Part shown: in pieces, positions 39,989 through 49,425 of the stretch | Position numbering within the stretch: position 1 is the stretch's first letter | Layout: each line of letters begins with the position of its first letter | NCBI GenBank assembly: GCA_964410905.1 | Contig: CAYPIR010000001.1 | Span: 21,861-85,860, forward strand | DNA length: 64,000 nt | Reading direction: 5' to 3' | Source of the DNA: an uncultured bacterium | GTDB lineage: Bacteria; Omnitrophota; Omnitrophia; Omnitrophales; Aquincolibacteriaceae | Made by a program: the position numbers and the translations under genes | The notes under the pieces: generated by a model | Told to the model about the DNA's origin: nothing | The model's database searches: none | What the model saw: only the letters and a program-made list of their open reading frames with translations

Positions 39989-41335
39989 TTAATCTCTCCG
40001 CTTTGTTAGAACATTGAGCGACTCGCCTTTGAAACCGTCTTCAAAAATTTCTGTCAAATGATACGGTATGATACACCCTTGAACATTTTCCTGACACTCA
40101 AAAAAAACTTTTAAAAAATTCGGAGTAAGACCAACCGCCCGTCCCGTTTTTTCATCAGGATATTCCGCCAATATGTCAAATGTCCGTCCTAAATATATGT
40201 TCCGTCTTGAAAGCGAAAACTCATCTCCCGCCTTTGATAACGCACGAACCCTATCGCGGACAATTTTTTTGTCGCATTCTCCCCAGCCGCTCGCCGCGGT
40301 ACCTTCGCGCGGGCTATATGGAAATACATGAGTTTTGAGCGGCTGCAGTTCTTTTAAAAGATTTAGCGTGTTTTGAAATTGTTCGTCAGTCTCAGACGGA
40401 AAACCGACAAGAGCGTCAACGCTAAACTCAAAATCCGCTACCCGCTCTTTCATCTCCAATACAACATCTCGATATTGTTCACGAGTGTATCGCCTGTTCA
40501 TTTTTTTTAAAATTTCATTATCGCCGCTTTGCAACGGCAAATGAATATGCGGACAAAGTTTTGGAACTTCGCAAAACGCGGCGCGCAACGGCTCGTCTAA
40601 ATCCGTTAGTTCTATGGAACTCAGCCTCACGCGTTTTATCTCGTTAAATTGAGCGCAGGCCTCTATTACGTCACGAAGAGACAAATTTTTTCCATCAAAA
40701 TCTTTTCCATAAGCGCCCAGCTGTATCCCCGTCAAAATAATTTCTTTATAACCCGAGTCTCGCAGCCGCTTTATCTCGTCCAAAATGTCAGGCAGCGGAC
40801 GGCTTCGGGACGCGCCTCGAACAATGGAAACCTTACAATAACTACACGCGTGATTGCAACCGTCTTGAATTTTCACATAAGCCCGCGTTTTTCCTTCGGA
40901 TTTCGAAACGGAAAGCGCGGGATAATTTTCATTGCCCATCGCGTTTTGCGGTTGATTGATGCCGCAAGAGTTTTCAATAAGTTCAAAAATCCGTTCTTTT
41001 TCATTGTTGGGAAAAATCAAATCAACTTCCGGCAAAGCGTCTATCTCCGCTCTGTTTTTTTCCACATAGCAACCGGTTACAGCAACTCTCGCTTCGGGAT
41101 GTTCACGCTTAAGTCTGCGAACCCAATACCTGTTTGTCCTGTCCGCGTCTTGCGTTACCGTGCAAGTGTTTATGACAACCAAGTCGCATTTTATTCCTTT
41201 TTGCCCTTCTATGTCTTTATAGCCGTGCCGTTCGAGAGCTTCGCGCATCGCTTGCGTTTCGTATTGGTTGACTTTGCATCCCAGAGTATAAAAGCGAACC
41301 GTTTTGGTAGGAATTTCTACATTATTAATAGACAT
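39989..41335 (-). CDS. Radical-SAM methylthiotransferase (MiaB/MtaB/RimO family).
   Basis: MTTase N-terminal cysteines (C…C…C), a radical SAM CxxxCxxC (CNHACSYC), and a TRAM domain. Confidence 0.85.
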   Translation of the reverse strand: MSINNVEIPTKTVRFYTLGCKVNQYETQAMREALERHGYKDIEGQKGIKCDLVVINTCTVTQDADRTNRYWVRRLKREHPEARVAVTGCYVEKNRAEIDALPEVDLIFPNNEKERIFELIENSCGINQPQNAMGNENYPALSVSKSEGKTRAYVKIQDGCNHACSYCKVSIVRGASRSRPLPDILDEIKRLRDSGYKEIILTGIQLGAYGKDFDGKNLSLRDVIEACAQFNEIKRVRLSSIELTDLDEPLRAAFCEVPKLCPHIHLPLQSGDNEILKKMNRRYTREQYRDVVLEMKERVADFEFSVDALVGFPSETDEQFQNTLNLLKELQPLKTHVFPYSPREGTAASGWGECDKKIVRDRVRALSKAGDEFSLSRRNIYLGRTFDILAEYPDEKTGRAVGLTPNFLKVFFECQENVQGCIIPYHLTEIFEDGFKGESLNVLTKRRD

Positions 41336-42147
41336 TATTTCGATTCCAAGACTCCATAAAATCTTAAGGCAGCGGCAACACCCACAAAAGCCGTGTCAGC
41401 CTTAAAAAGCACTTCGCCAAGTTTTACGATCCAAAAATTTTTTTCTCTTCTGTGCCATCTTGCCCATTTAATTTCATCTTCAGAAAAACCACCTTCCGGT
41501 CCAATAAAAATATTTAGCTTTTCAAATGACGCTTTATTGGATTCAAAAATTTTTATCCAGCCAGAAAATGGTATCGCGTCTTTCGCGGGATGAAAAATCA
41601 CAACCGCTTCATCTTCGCCTATAGCGGCGAGCACGTCTTTAAAACTTTGCGGGCCATTAATTTTGACAAGGTTTAGACAACCAGACTGTTTGCTTGCTTC
41701 ACACGCGATTCGATTCCAACGCTCAACAACTTTTTCCGTTTTCTCACGCGCGATTTGAACCTCACAGTGTTCCGAAACTATCGGAGAAAATTCAAAAACT
41801 CCCAACTCCTGCGATTTCTCCACAAGCAAATCCGTTTTCCCTTTGCGGAGCATTGTCGGAAACATTCTAAGCTTAACTCTGTCTCGAAACTCGCCCGTTT
41901 TTACTATGAGTCTTGTTATATGAAGTTTGGTTTTTCCATCGGGCAAGAATGACAAAATAACGGCCTCAACTTCCGCGCCCTTCCCATCAGTTACAAAACA
42001 CGCGTCGCCTTCTTTCAGCCGTATGGATTCCTGAACATGCTTGGTTTCCGCCTCATCAAGTAATAAAGTTTCCGTATTCGCCGACAAAGACTGCGTTGTA
42101 AAAAAGCGTCTCAGTTTTCTTGATTGTTTTTTATCATTACTATTCAC
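41335..42147 (-). CDS. rsmE: 16S rRNA (uracil1498-N3)-methyltransferase RsmE.
   Basis: RsmE architecture (N-terminal PUA-like fold plus SPOUT domain). The start is uncertain. Confidence 0.75.
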   Translation of the reverse strand: MNSNDKKQSRKLRRFFTTQSLSANTETLLLDEAETKHVQESIRLKEGDACFVTDGKGAEVEAVILSFLPDGKTKLHITRLIVKTGEFRDRVKLRMFPTMLRKGKTDLLVEKSQELGVFEFSPIVSEHCEVQIAREKTEKVVERWNRIACEASKQSGCLNLVKINGPQSFKDVLAAIGEDEAVVIFHPAKDAIPFSGWIKIFESNKASFEKLNIFIGPEGGFSEDEIKWARWHRREKNFWIVKLGEVLFKADTAFVGVAAALRFYGVLESK

Positions 42148-42171
42148 ATAGCACCTGAAAAATATCTATAT

Positions 42172-42206
42172 ACAAAAAAGACCCGCGAGCAAAAATCCCG
42201 CGGGTC
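42172..42206 (-). terminator. Intrinsic terminator after csp.
   Basis: GACCCGCG-loop-CGCGGGTC followed by UUUUUUG on the minus strand. Confidence 0.7.
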
Positions 42207-42239
42207 AAAAGAGAATCTAAAGGATTCAAAACACAAACA

Positions 42240-42497
42240 CTATTTCTTACCTTCTGGAGCCGCTCCGGCAGTCCCTTCTTCTTTGGGTTTCTTATACCTA
42301 ATTACATTTTTGGCCAATAAACCTTTTTCGCCTTGTTCGACATCGAACTCGACCTCTTCATCAGGATTTAAGCGTTTATAGCCTTCACCTTGAATCGCGG
42401 AATAATGAACAAAAATATCCTTATCCTCGCCTTCTTTGGTCAAAAAGCCGAAACCCTTTACATTAGAGAACCACTTAACTTTACCTTTTTCTGCCAT
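42240..42497 (-). CDS. Cold-shock protein (CspA family) with a short C-terminal tail.
   Basis: [16 protein letters not shown]…FVHYSAI motif. AAGGAGG Shine-Dalgarno sequence. Confidence 0.9.
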   Translation of the reverse strand: MAEKGKVKWFSNVKGFGFLTKEGEDKDIFVHYSAIQGEGYKRLNPDEEVEFDVEQGEKGLLAKNVIRYKKPKEEGTAGAAPEGKK

Positions 42498-42569
42498 ACC
42501 GCCTCCTTAAAACTTCATTTATTTCTTTTTTGCATCGCAGACTATCCGGACGCAATGTAACAAACCCGC

Positions 42570-42842
42570 TCATTTCACTTTTATTTTTAAAACAAGTCCG
42601 GGTTTAAAAATTACAACTTTTTTCTCTGGAACGGCCACTTCCTCGCCAGTACGAGGGTTTCTGCCAAGACGGCCTCGGCGGCTTTTCACTTTAAAAACAC
42701 CAAAGTTACGAAGCTCAACCGTTTCGCCGCGCTGAAGACTTTCGGAAATAACATCAAGCGTTTTTTGAACAATCTTCTTAACATCAATTTGTGTTAAATT
42801 AGTTTCATTAGAAACTTTATTAACAATATCTTTTTTAGTCAA
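42570..42842 (-). CDS. hup: HU/IHF-family DNA-binding protein.
   Basis: …RNFGVFKVKSRRGRLGRNPRTGEEVAVPEKKVVIFKPG. Confidence 0.9.
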   Translation of the reverse strand: MTKKDIVNKVSNETNLTQIDVKKIVQKTLDVISESLQRGETVELRNFGVFKVKSRRGRLGRNPRTGEEVAVPEKKVVIFKPGLVLKIKVK

Positions 42843-43039
42843 AACTTTATCTCCCTGAAATATGATTTACGAATAAAACCCATAAAAACTTGCGGATTAT
42901 AACGCGGTATTATTATTTGTCAAGAGGGAAACATCCGTAACTTGCGTATTCATAACAAGTTAGGAATAACGGCCGAAAGATTGCGAGGCATTGCTGTCCT
43001 TGCGTATTGAACGCAAATGCGGGAAAAATTCCTTCTGTA

Positions 43040-43080
43040 GTCATTCTGTCCCAGTGCCCAATGTACTGGAACAGAATGAC
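43040..43080 (-). terminator. Hairpin (16-bp arms, 1 mismatch) downstream of dnaE, followed by a U-rich stretch.
   Basis: gtcattctgtcccagt…actggaacagaatgac. Confidence 0.5.
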
Positions 43081-43175
43081 TTTGGAACTAAACCTGTCCA
43101 CGAATTAGTAGGCAAGCACAAGTATGACGAGATTGTAAAAGCCGATAAATCCCGCGTTTGCAGGCGGCGGGATAA

Positions 43176-46100
43176 TTACGTGCGGATTTTTATGGAATCC
43201 TCACCCGCAATTTTTTCGATTTCTTCAAAAAGTTCTTGCGACGGCGTAACACGCAGCTCTGGCCCCAGTGCCACAACTGTTCCTTCTCCTGACGGAGATT
43301 GAAATTTAATGTTAACGGAAACATTTCCTTTATATTTTTCTAAAACCGTTTTAATTTCTTTCAAGCTTTCTTCAGTAAGTCCCGCGGTAGAAAGTTTGAT
43401 TAAAACACCGACTGTGAATTTTTTCGCTATGTCTTCCAAAGAAACAATTTCGTCCGCTAGAACTTTAACGGCATCTTCTTTCGCGTCCGCTTTCCCTTTT
43501 ACAAAAATCATTTTGTCTTTATTAAGCAATATTAACGATTTTTTATAAACCGACGGAAAAACCACAACTTCGCATGTCCCGCTCAAATCCTGCAAATTCA
43601 AAAAAGCCATTTTGTCGCCTTTTTTTGTCAGAATTTCACGCGACGAATCTACAATCCCTCCTATAAAAATTTCTGCGTCCTGTCCAAACTCTGATAAATT
43701 TGCGGTTGTCGCGTTCGCGTAGTTTTTAAGAATTTTTTCGTGACGGGAAAGCGGATGCGATGAAACATAAAATCCGAGCAGCTCGCGCTCAAAGGCTAAT
43801 TTTTGATTTTCTTGCCATTCAGGAATATCCGGCGCTTTGTTTTCATCTTGTTGAAACGCGGCGTCTCCATTATCAAAAAACGACGCTTGCCCTAAGTTTC
43901 TGTCCTTTTGCAAATTAGAACCTATCTGAAGAGCTGTGTCGAGCATCGCGAAAAGCTGCGAGCGAAAAAATCCCCAGTTGTCAAATGAACCGCTTTTAAC
44001 TAAACTTTCAAGTACGCGGTGATTACAAGTTCTAAGGTCAATTCTCTGAACAAAATCAAGCAACGACTTAAACAGTCCATCTTTTTTGCGCGCCGCGACA
44101 ATTGAGTCTATCGCCGTTTGTCCTACGTTTTTAATGGCGGCAAGTCCAAACCTAATAGCATTGTCCGAACAAGTGAAGTCAGCATAACTTTCGTTAATGT
44201 CAGGTGGAAGGACTTTAATCCCCATCCGTTTTGCGGCTTCAATATACTGAACGACTTTGTCCGTGTTATTCCGTTCAGATGTGAGAAGCGCGGTCATAAA
44301 CTCTACGGGGTAATGAGCCTTTAAATATGCGGTTTGATATGTAACCACCGCGTACGCTGTAGAATGCGATTTGTTAAATCCGTAACCGGCAAACTTCACA
44401 ATATCCGTCCAAATTTTTTCCGCTGTTTTCTTAGGAACTTTATTTTGGACAGCTCCGTTAACAAACGCGTCTTGTTCTTTTTCCATTACCTCAACAATTT
44501 TCTTTCCCATAGCACGCCTAAGCGAATCGGCTTTGGCTAGCGTAAAACCGGATAAGTCGCGCGCTATTCTCATCACCTGCTCTTGATAGAGAATTACGCC
44601 GTAAGTTTCTTTTAAACTTAATTCAAGCAGCGGATGGTCATACTTAATTTGTCCGGGATTGCGCATTCTTATGACAAAATCATCTACCATTCCCGTCTCA
44701 CGCGGTCCGGGACGATAAAGCGCCAAAAGCGCGACCAGATGCTCAAATTGATTCGGACGCATTTTTTTAAGCAAATCGCGCATCCCCGAACTTTCTAGCT
44801 GGAACACGCCGAACGAATCTCCGCGCGAAAGCATTTCATAAGTTTTCGTGTCGCCCTCAGGGAGATTTAAAATATCAATCTTTTTCCCATACCGAGCATC
44901 GATCATTTTTACAGTATCATCTATCACCGTTAAAGTCTTAAGTCCCAAAAAATCCATTTTGAGCAGCCCGATTTTTTCTAGGTCTTTCATCGTATACTGC
45001 GTGCAAAATTGGTTGTCCGGTGTTTTGTAAAGCGGCGCGCGGTCAGTAATCGGAACGTCTGAAATAACAACTCCCGCCGCGTGGACAGACGCGTGGCGGG
45101 AAAGACCTTCTATCGCTTGCGAGGTTTTTAAAAGTTGATTGATTCGGACATCTTCGTTTACTAATTTTTGCAGCTCGGGCTCTTGCACCAGCGCTCTTTC
45201 TAGTGTTATTTTTAGTTCAGTCGGAATAAGTTTCGCTATACGGTCAACCTCGCTGAACTCAAGCCCCATCACGCGTCCGACATCGCGTATGGCAGCCCTT
45301 GCCGCCATTGTTCCGAATGTGATAATTTGAGCTACATTATCCACGCCATATTTTTTCTTAACGTATTCGATGACTTCCTCTCGTCTGACATAGCAAAAAT
45401 CAATATCAATATCAGGCATGCTTACGCGTTCGGGATTAAGAAACCGCTCAAAGTAGAGGTGATAACGGATTGGATCAATTTCCGTGATATGAAGCGAATA
45501 TGCCACGAGGCTTCCGGCAGCCGAACCGCGTCCTGGTCCAACGGGAATGTTTTTTTCTTTGGCGAATCGAATAAAATCCCACACGATCAAAAAGTAACTT
45601 ATGAATCCCATATTGGTGATTAGGTCCAGTTCCAAGCGCAGTCTTTTATCGTATTCTTCCGGGATGTTTCCGCCGAAACGCTCGCGGAGAAGTTTGTAGC
45701 AAAGATCGTCAAAATAATCTTTAAGAGTCTTTCCGTCTGGCGCGGGAAACTTGGGCAGATGATTTTTGTTAAACTCCAAGAGCAGATTACATTTGTTTGC
45801 TATTTCGACTGTGTTTTGAATCGCCTTGGGATATTGCGAAAAAAGTGCCTTCATTTCATCTGCGGATTTCAAATAATACTGGCTTCCTTGATACCGCAAA
45901 CGATTTGTTTCTTCAAGTTTCGCTCCTGCCCCGATACAAATAAGCGCATCATGAGCAGTTGCCTCAGTTTGATAAATATAATGCGTGTCATTGGTGGCAA
46001 CCAATTCGAGTCCAAGTTCTTCACCAAGTTTTACCGAACCTTCTGTAACTTTTTTTTGCGGGTCAAGGCCATGATCCATAATTTCTAAATAGAACCTTTC

Positions 46101-46613
46101 TTTGCCAAAAATTTCTATATATTCCTGAGCGACCTTGCGGGCTTCTTGGTATCTATCGTGATAAAGATGATATGGGATCTCTCCTTTCAAGCCTCCGGAG
46201 AGCGCAATTATTCCCTGCGAGTATTGCTTAAGGCAATCTTTGTCAACGCGAGGACGATAATAAAACCCTTCGGTAAATCCAATGCTTGTGAGTTTTATAA
46301 GGTTGTGATAACCCTCTTCATTCATCGTAAGAAGCGTGAGATGAAATGAGGCTTCTTTTATGCCGTGGGCCTGTTTTTCAAACCGTGAGCCGGGGGACAC
46401 ATACGCGCTAATGCCGATAATAGGCTTTACGCCTTCTTTCATAGCCGCGTTATAAAACTGTATCGCGCCGAAAAGATTTCCGTTGTCAGTCATCGCGAGC
46501 GCCGGGAAACGAAGTTCCTTGGCGCGCTTGACAAGATTTGAAATCTTACAAGTCGCGTCAAGCAAACTATATTCCGTATGACAATGTAGCGGGACAAAAT
46601 TGCTATGCGGCAT
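43176..46613 (-). CDS. dnaE: DNA polymerase III alpha subunit.
   Basis: PHP domain N-terminus (HCHTEYSLLD), polymerase core, and an OB-fold. The product is 1145 aa. Confidence 0.95.
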   Translation of the reverse strand: MPHSNFVPLHCHTEYSLLDATCKISNLVKRAKELRFPALAMTDNGNLFGAIQFYNAAMKEGVKPIIGISAYVSPGSRFEKQAHGIKEASFHLTLLTMNEEGYHNLIKLTSIGFTEGFYYRPRVDKDCLKQYSQGIIALSGGLKGEIPYHLYHDRYQEARKVAQEYIEIFGKERFYLEIMDHGLDPQKKVTEGSVKLGEELGLELVATNDTHYIYQTEATAHDALICIGAGAKLEETNRLRYQGSQYYLKSADEMKALFSQYPKAIQNTVEIANKCNLLLEFNKNHLPKFPAPDGKTLKDYFDDLCYKLLRERFGGNIPEEYDKRLRLELDLITNMGFISYFLIVWDFIRFAKEKNIPVGPGRGSAAGSLVAYSLHITEIDPIRYHLYFERFLNPERVSMPDIDIDFCYVRREEVIEYVKKKYGVDNVAQIITFGTMAARAAIRDVGRVMGLEFSEVDRIAKLIPTELKITLERALVQEPELQKLVNEDVRINQLLKTSQAIEGLSRHASVHAAGVVISDVPITDRAPLYKTPDNQFCTQYTMKDLEKIGLLKMDFLGLKTLTVIDDTVKMIDARYGKKIDILNLPEGDTKTYEMLSRGDSFGVFQLESSGMRDLLKKMRPNQFEHLVALLALYRPGPRETGMVDDFVIRMRNPGQIKYDHPLLELSLKETYGVILYQEQVMRIARDLSGFTLAKADSLRRAMGKKIVEVMEKEQDAFVNGAVQNKVPKKTAEKIWTDIVKFAGYGFNKSHSTAYAVVTYQTAYLKAHYPVEFMTALLTSERNNTDKVVQYIEAAKRMGIKVLPPDINESYADFTCSDNAIRFGLAAIKNVGQTAIDSIVAARKKDGLFKSLLDFVQRIDLRTCNHRVLESLVKSGSFDNWGFFRSQLFAMLDTALQIGSNLQKDRNLGQASFFDNGDAAFQQDENKAPDIPEWQENQKLAFERELLGFYVSSHPLSRHEKILKNYANATTANLSEFGQDAEIFIGGIVDSSREILTKKGDKMAFLNLQDLSGTCEVVVFPSVYKKSLILLNKDKMIFVKGKADAKEDAVKVLADEIVSLEDIAKKFTVGVLIKLSTAGLTEESLKEIKTVLEKYKGNVSVNIKFQSPSGEGTVVALGPELRVTPSQELFEEIEKIAGEDSIKIRT

Positions 46614-46698
46614 TTAGATATTTGGACCTTTGGTTATAAGCAGATTGTCAAATTGAAAAAATTTTTATCGTATTTTTTACTTTTCATGCTTTTGCAGA

Positions 46699-47436
46699 CT
46701 ACTTCCTAAACACAAATAGATATTCGTGCGCCAGCAGCAAGAAATTGTGTTTAATGCTGTTGGTCTTCCAAAATCCTGTTGCTTTGCAATTATGCTGTTC
46801 TTTGATAATAATCTCCTTTGTGATAAACCCTGCTTTTTCAAATATCTTCATCACCCCAAAACTCATTGGAACAACACAACCCTTTTTTCTAGTGTCGCCC
46901 ATGAGTATGGCGCAGAATTTACCTTTCTTCAAAACACGATAGCATTCAGACGCGACAGATTTCATGGCTTCTAAAAAATCCTTGACGTCCAAAAGCGAAA
47001 GATCACCGTCAATATTCTCGCTGTAATGAATGATGTCGGCATAAGGCGGATGCGTGCAGATCAAGTCTATGCTCTCGTCTGAAATAAAACTAAGGTTTTC
47101 TGCTGTCCCCTTATGCAGAGTAACTTTCCCAGCATTAGGATATTCAAAATCGAGCTTTGCTCGACAGCGATTCAATGCATCCGGGTTTACGTCCACTCCA
47201 ATAATATTGCGATTCAGCAGTTTTGCTTCTACCAGCGTCGTTCCACCTCCGGCAAATTGATCAAGCACCAAATCGCCTTCTCTGGAATAACGCAGCAGGA
47301 TATTGCGCGGAATATACGGCGACCAATTTCCACGCCATTTGGCATCATGTGTCGCCCAATTACCGCGTTCAGGGAAACTCCAAACGGTGTTTGTTTCCAA
47401 CTCAAAATTCTCCGGCGCCCATTTCTTAATTGTCAT
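46699..47436 (-). CDS. DNA methyltransferase (N6-adenine/N4-cytosine, PF01555-like). It is the second methyltransferase of an MboI/DpnII-like system.
   Basis: FAGGGTT (motif I) and THPPY (motif IV). It overlaps the endonuclease stop by 4 bp. Confidence 0.8.
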   Translation of the reverse strand: MTIKKWAPENFELETNTVWSFPERGNWATHDAKWRGNWSPYIPRNILLRYSREGDLVLDQFAGGGTTLVEAKLLNRNIIGVDVNPDALNRCRAKLDFEYPNAGKVTLHKGTAENLSFISDESIDLICTHPPYADIIHYSENIDGDLSLLDVKDFLEAMKSVASECYRVLKKGKFCAILMGDTRKKGCVVPMSFGVMKIFEKAGFITKEIIIKEQHNCKATGFWKTNSIKHNFLLLAHEYLFVFRK

Positions 47437-48290
47437 TGAAATACTCTACCCATCACACCGTCCTCTAAATCTGAAATGCTGTATATATGCTCCATAACGT
47501 CAAAAGTTTCCTCGAGATTGTTGCGTGCGGAAATCCATCCCTTGCCGTCGGTGAGCCACACAAAAACAAATCCATTTATACTCTTCGCCTCTTGTGCAAT
47601 ATTCTTATAGCTCCGCGCTGTTTCATTCAGTTTAGAGCCGCCACCTGCGTAGAAATTCGTTTCAATCGCATAAATGATTTGCCCCACCTTGACGACAAAA
47701 TCGAAACGCTTCGTCACCTTACCATCATTACTGAGTGCCGACAGGTCAAGCCCCCATTTGCTCTCAATATCAGCGATTCTCATTTCTTTGAAATATGTTA
47801 CATCGCGTTGGAGACCTGCCTTGCAAAGATAGTTCTCGACAAGATTTTCCATAAGATGACCGCCGCGATTCTTTCGCCCGTTGCTGTTAAGTCCCGTCTC
47901 TACGCCCGTAACATAATCAACAAGGTTATGAACGATATGCTTTTCCATCAGATCGAACAGCCCCGTTTTCCTCATAAACACCCTATACTGAGCAGCCGTC
48001 TGATTGGGATTTGTGAATTTGTAGGAGAATTCTCCGTCTTCATCTATGGCGTATATTTCGCTTGTTCTAACTGCAAGCAAGAGAGGAATGCATTTCAGGG
48101 TATCAGGATATTTCGTAACCAACGCATCAAATTCTGATTCGATGTCCACTGACCCAATCAGTGAGTTCAAAATATTCAGTTCAACTTTTATCTCATTCAC
48201 ATTGCGGTGAACCTTTTCAAAATCAATGTAATATGCGTAGTCGCTAATACTCTCGCGGAAGTGCGAAAACCATTCAGTGAAATTCCTCAC
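47433..48290 (-). CDS. DpnII/MboI-family Type II restriction endonuclease.
   Basis: Its 285 aa length and sequence pattern resemble the DpnII endonuclease family. It is flanked by a Dam-like methyltransferase upstream and a second methyltransferase downstream, exactly the MboI gene order (M-A, R, M-C). Confidence 0.6.
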   Translation of the reverse strand: MRNFTEWFSHFRESISDYAYYIDFEKVHRNVNEIKVELNILNSLIGSVDIESEFDALVTKYPDTLKCIPLLLAVRTSEIYAIDEDGEFSYKFTNPNQTAAQYRVFMRKTGLFDLMEKHIVHNLVDYVTGVETGLNSNGRKNRGGHLMENLVENYLCKAGLQRDVTYFKEMRIADIESKWGLDLSALSNDGKVTKRFDFVVKVGQIIYAIETNFYAGGGSKLNETARSYKNIAQEAKSINGFVFVWLTDGKGWISARNNLEETFDVMEHIYSISDLEDGVMGRVFQ

Positions 48291-49369
48291 ACACTAGCTC
48301 CTCCATAGTTTGAAATGAGTAATTCGCTTACATGCCCACGCTTCTCGCCAACCGAATTGATAGCACGGCTTGCTGAGATTCTGGCTATAGATAGCGATTT
48401 GTATAGTTCATCAAAAAAGTTGTCGCTTTCGTTAGTGTTCTTAGGATCGGAATTGCTTGCGACAACATATGCGCCCTTACGGCTAAGTTCCTTGATAAAT
48501 CGAGCAAGTTCTTTTTGCTTTTTATCGTCAAATCCACCTTGTGCATATGCTGTAAAACTCGCCGTCTCAGAGAGCGGACGATACGGAGGATCAAAATAAA
48601 CGAAGGTATTCTTATCTATAAATTCTCTCGATTCCTTATAGTCGCCGCAGACAATATCAACATTCTGCAACCGCTCAGAAACCGCGGATAAATTACCCTC
48701 ATCGCAAATAGTCGGTTTTTTATAACTCCCCATTGGGACATTGAATCCACCCTTGCTATTCACACGATACAAACCATTGAAGCAAGTTCTGTTAAGGAAA
48801 ATGAATAACGCTGCAAGTTCTACGGAATCACTTTCCTTGACTTTAAGCGCATTAAAACGGTTTCTGTTCTCATAATAAATGGCACTCCGTTTACTATCAC
48901 TGGCAGCCAAGTATTGAGTTTCAAAAGTTCCAAGAAGTTTGAGTAAATTATCAATGCGATCACGAATAATGATATAGGTGTGAATAAGCTCTCTATTGAT
49001 GTCGCTAATATAAACTTTAGCTAATTTATATTTGCTCAACACATCAAAAAGCACCGCGCCGCCGCCGACAAATGGCTCCGCATATTTTGTAATTGTTTCC
49101 CCTAATCCGACAGGATATTTTTCACGAATTTCACTGAGAATCTGCGATTTCCCTCCTGCCCATTTTAGAAAAGGTTTTACCGTCGAGTCTTCAAGCGGCT
49201 GAAAACGCAATCTTCTTGCGTCCTCTGGCTTCGACGCAGATTTTGGAATTACCCACATATTACCAAGTATTTCGGCACCACCAATTCTGTTCTCTGAACA
49301 CAAAACAGCGACTCGTCTTTGTGAGATACCCCACTGTTCTGATGCCTCTTTGGCAGTCATAAAATCCAT
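48287..49369 (-). CDS. Dam-family N6-adenine methyltransferase (GATC type) with an N-terminal helix-turn-helix extension.
   Basis: KPFLKWAGGK (motif X/I region) and DPPY. The N-terminal MDFMTAKEASEQWGISQRRVAVL resembles an HTH. Confidence 0.85.
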   Translation of the reverse strand: MDFMTAKEASEQWGISQRRVAVLCSENRIGGAEILGNMWVIPKSASKPEDARRLRFQPLEDSTVKPFLKWAGGKSQILSEIREKYPVGLGETITKYAEPFVGGGAVLFDVLSKYKLAKVYISDINRELIHTYIIIRDRIDNLLKLLGTFETQYLAASDSKRSAIYYENRNRFNALKVKESDSVELAALFIFLNRTCFNGLYRVNSKGGFNVPMGSYKKPTICDEGNLSAVSERLQNVDIVCGDYKESREFIDKNTFVYFDPPYRPLSETASFTAYAQGGFDDKKQKELARFIKELSRKGAYVVASNSDPKNTNESDNFFDELYKSLSIARISASRAINSVGEKRGHVSELLISNYGGASV

Positions 49370-49425
49370 TCGTACCCCTCCTCAGAATCTTGTATTATTA
49401 TATTCGCGTTTAAGAATGATATCAA

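Noticed and set aside
40649-41359. 236-aa plus-strand ORF.
   Set aside because: It is antisense to the radical-SAM methylthiotransferase, which has intact Cys motifs. It is a shadow ORF.
47487-48137. 216-aa plus-strand ORF.
   Set aside because: It is antisense to the DpnII-like endonuclease gene, which sits in a tightly overlapping three-gene operon.
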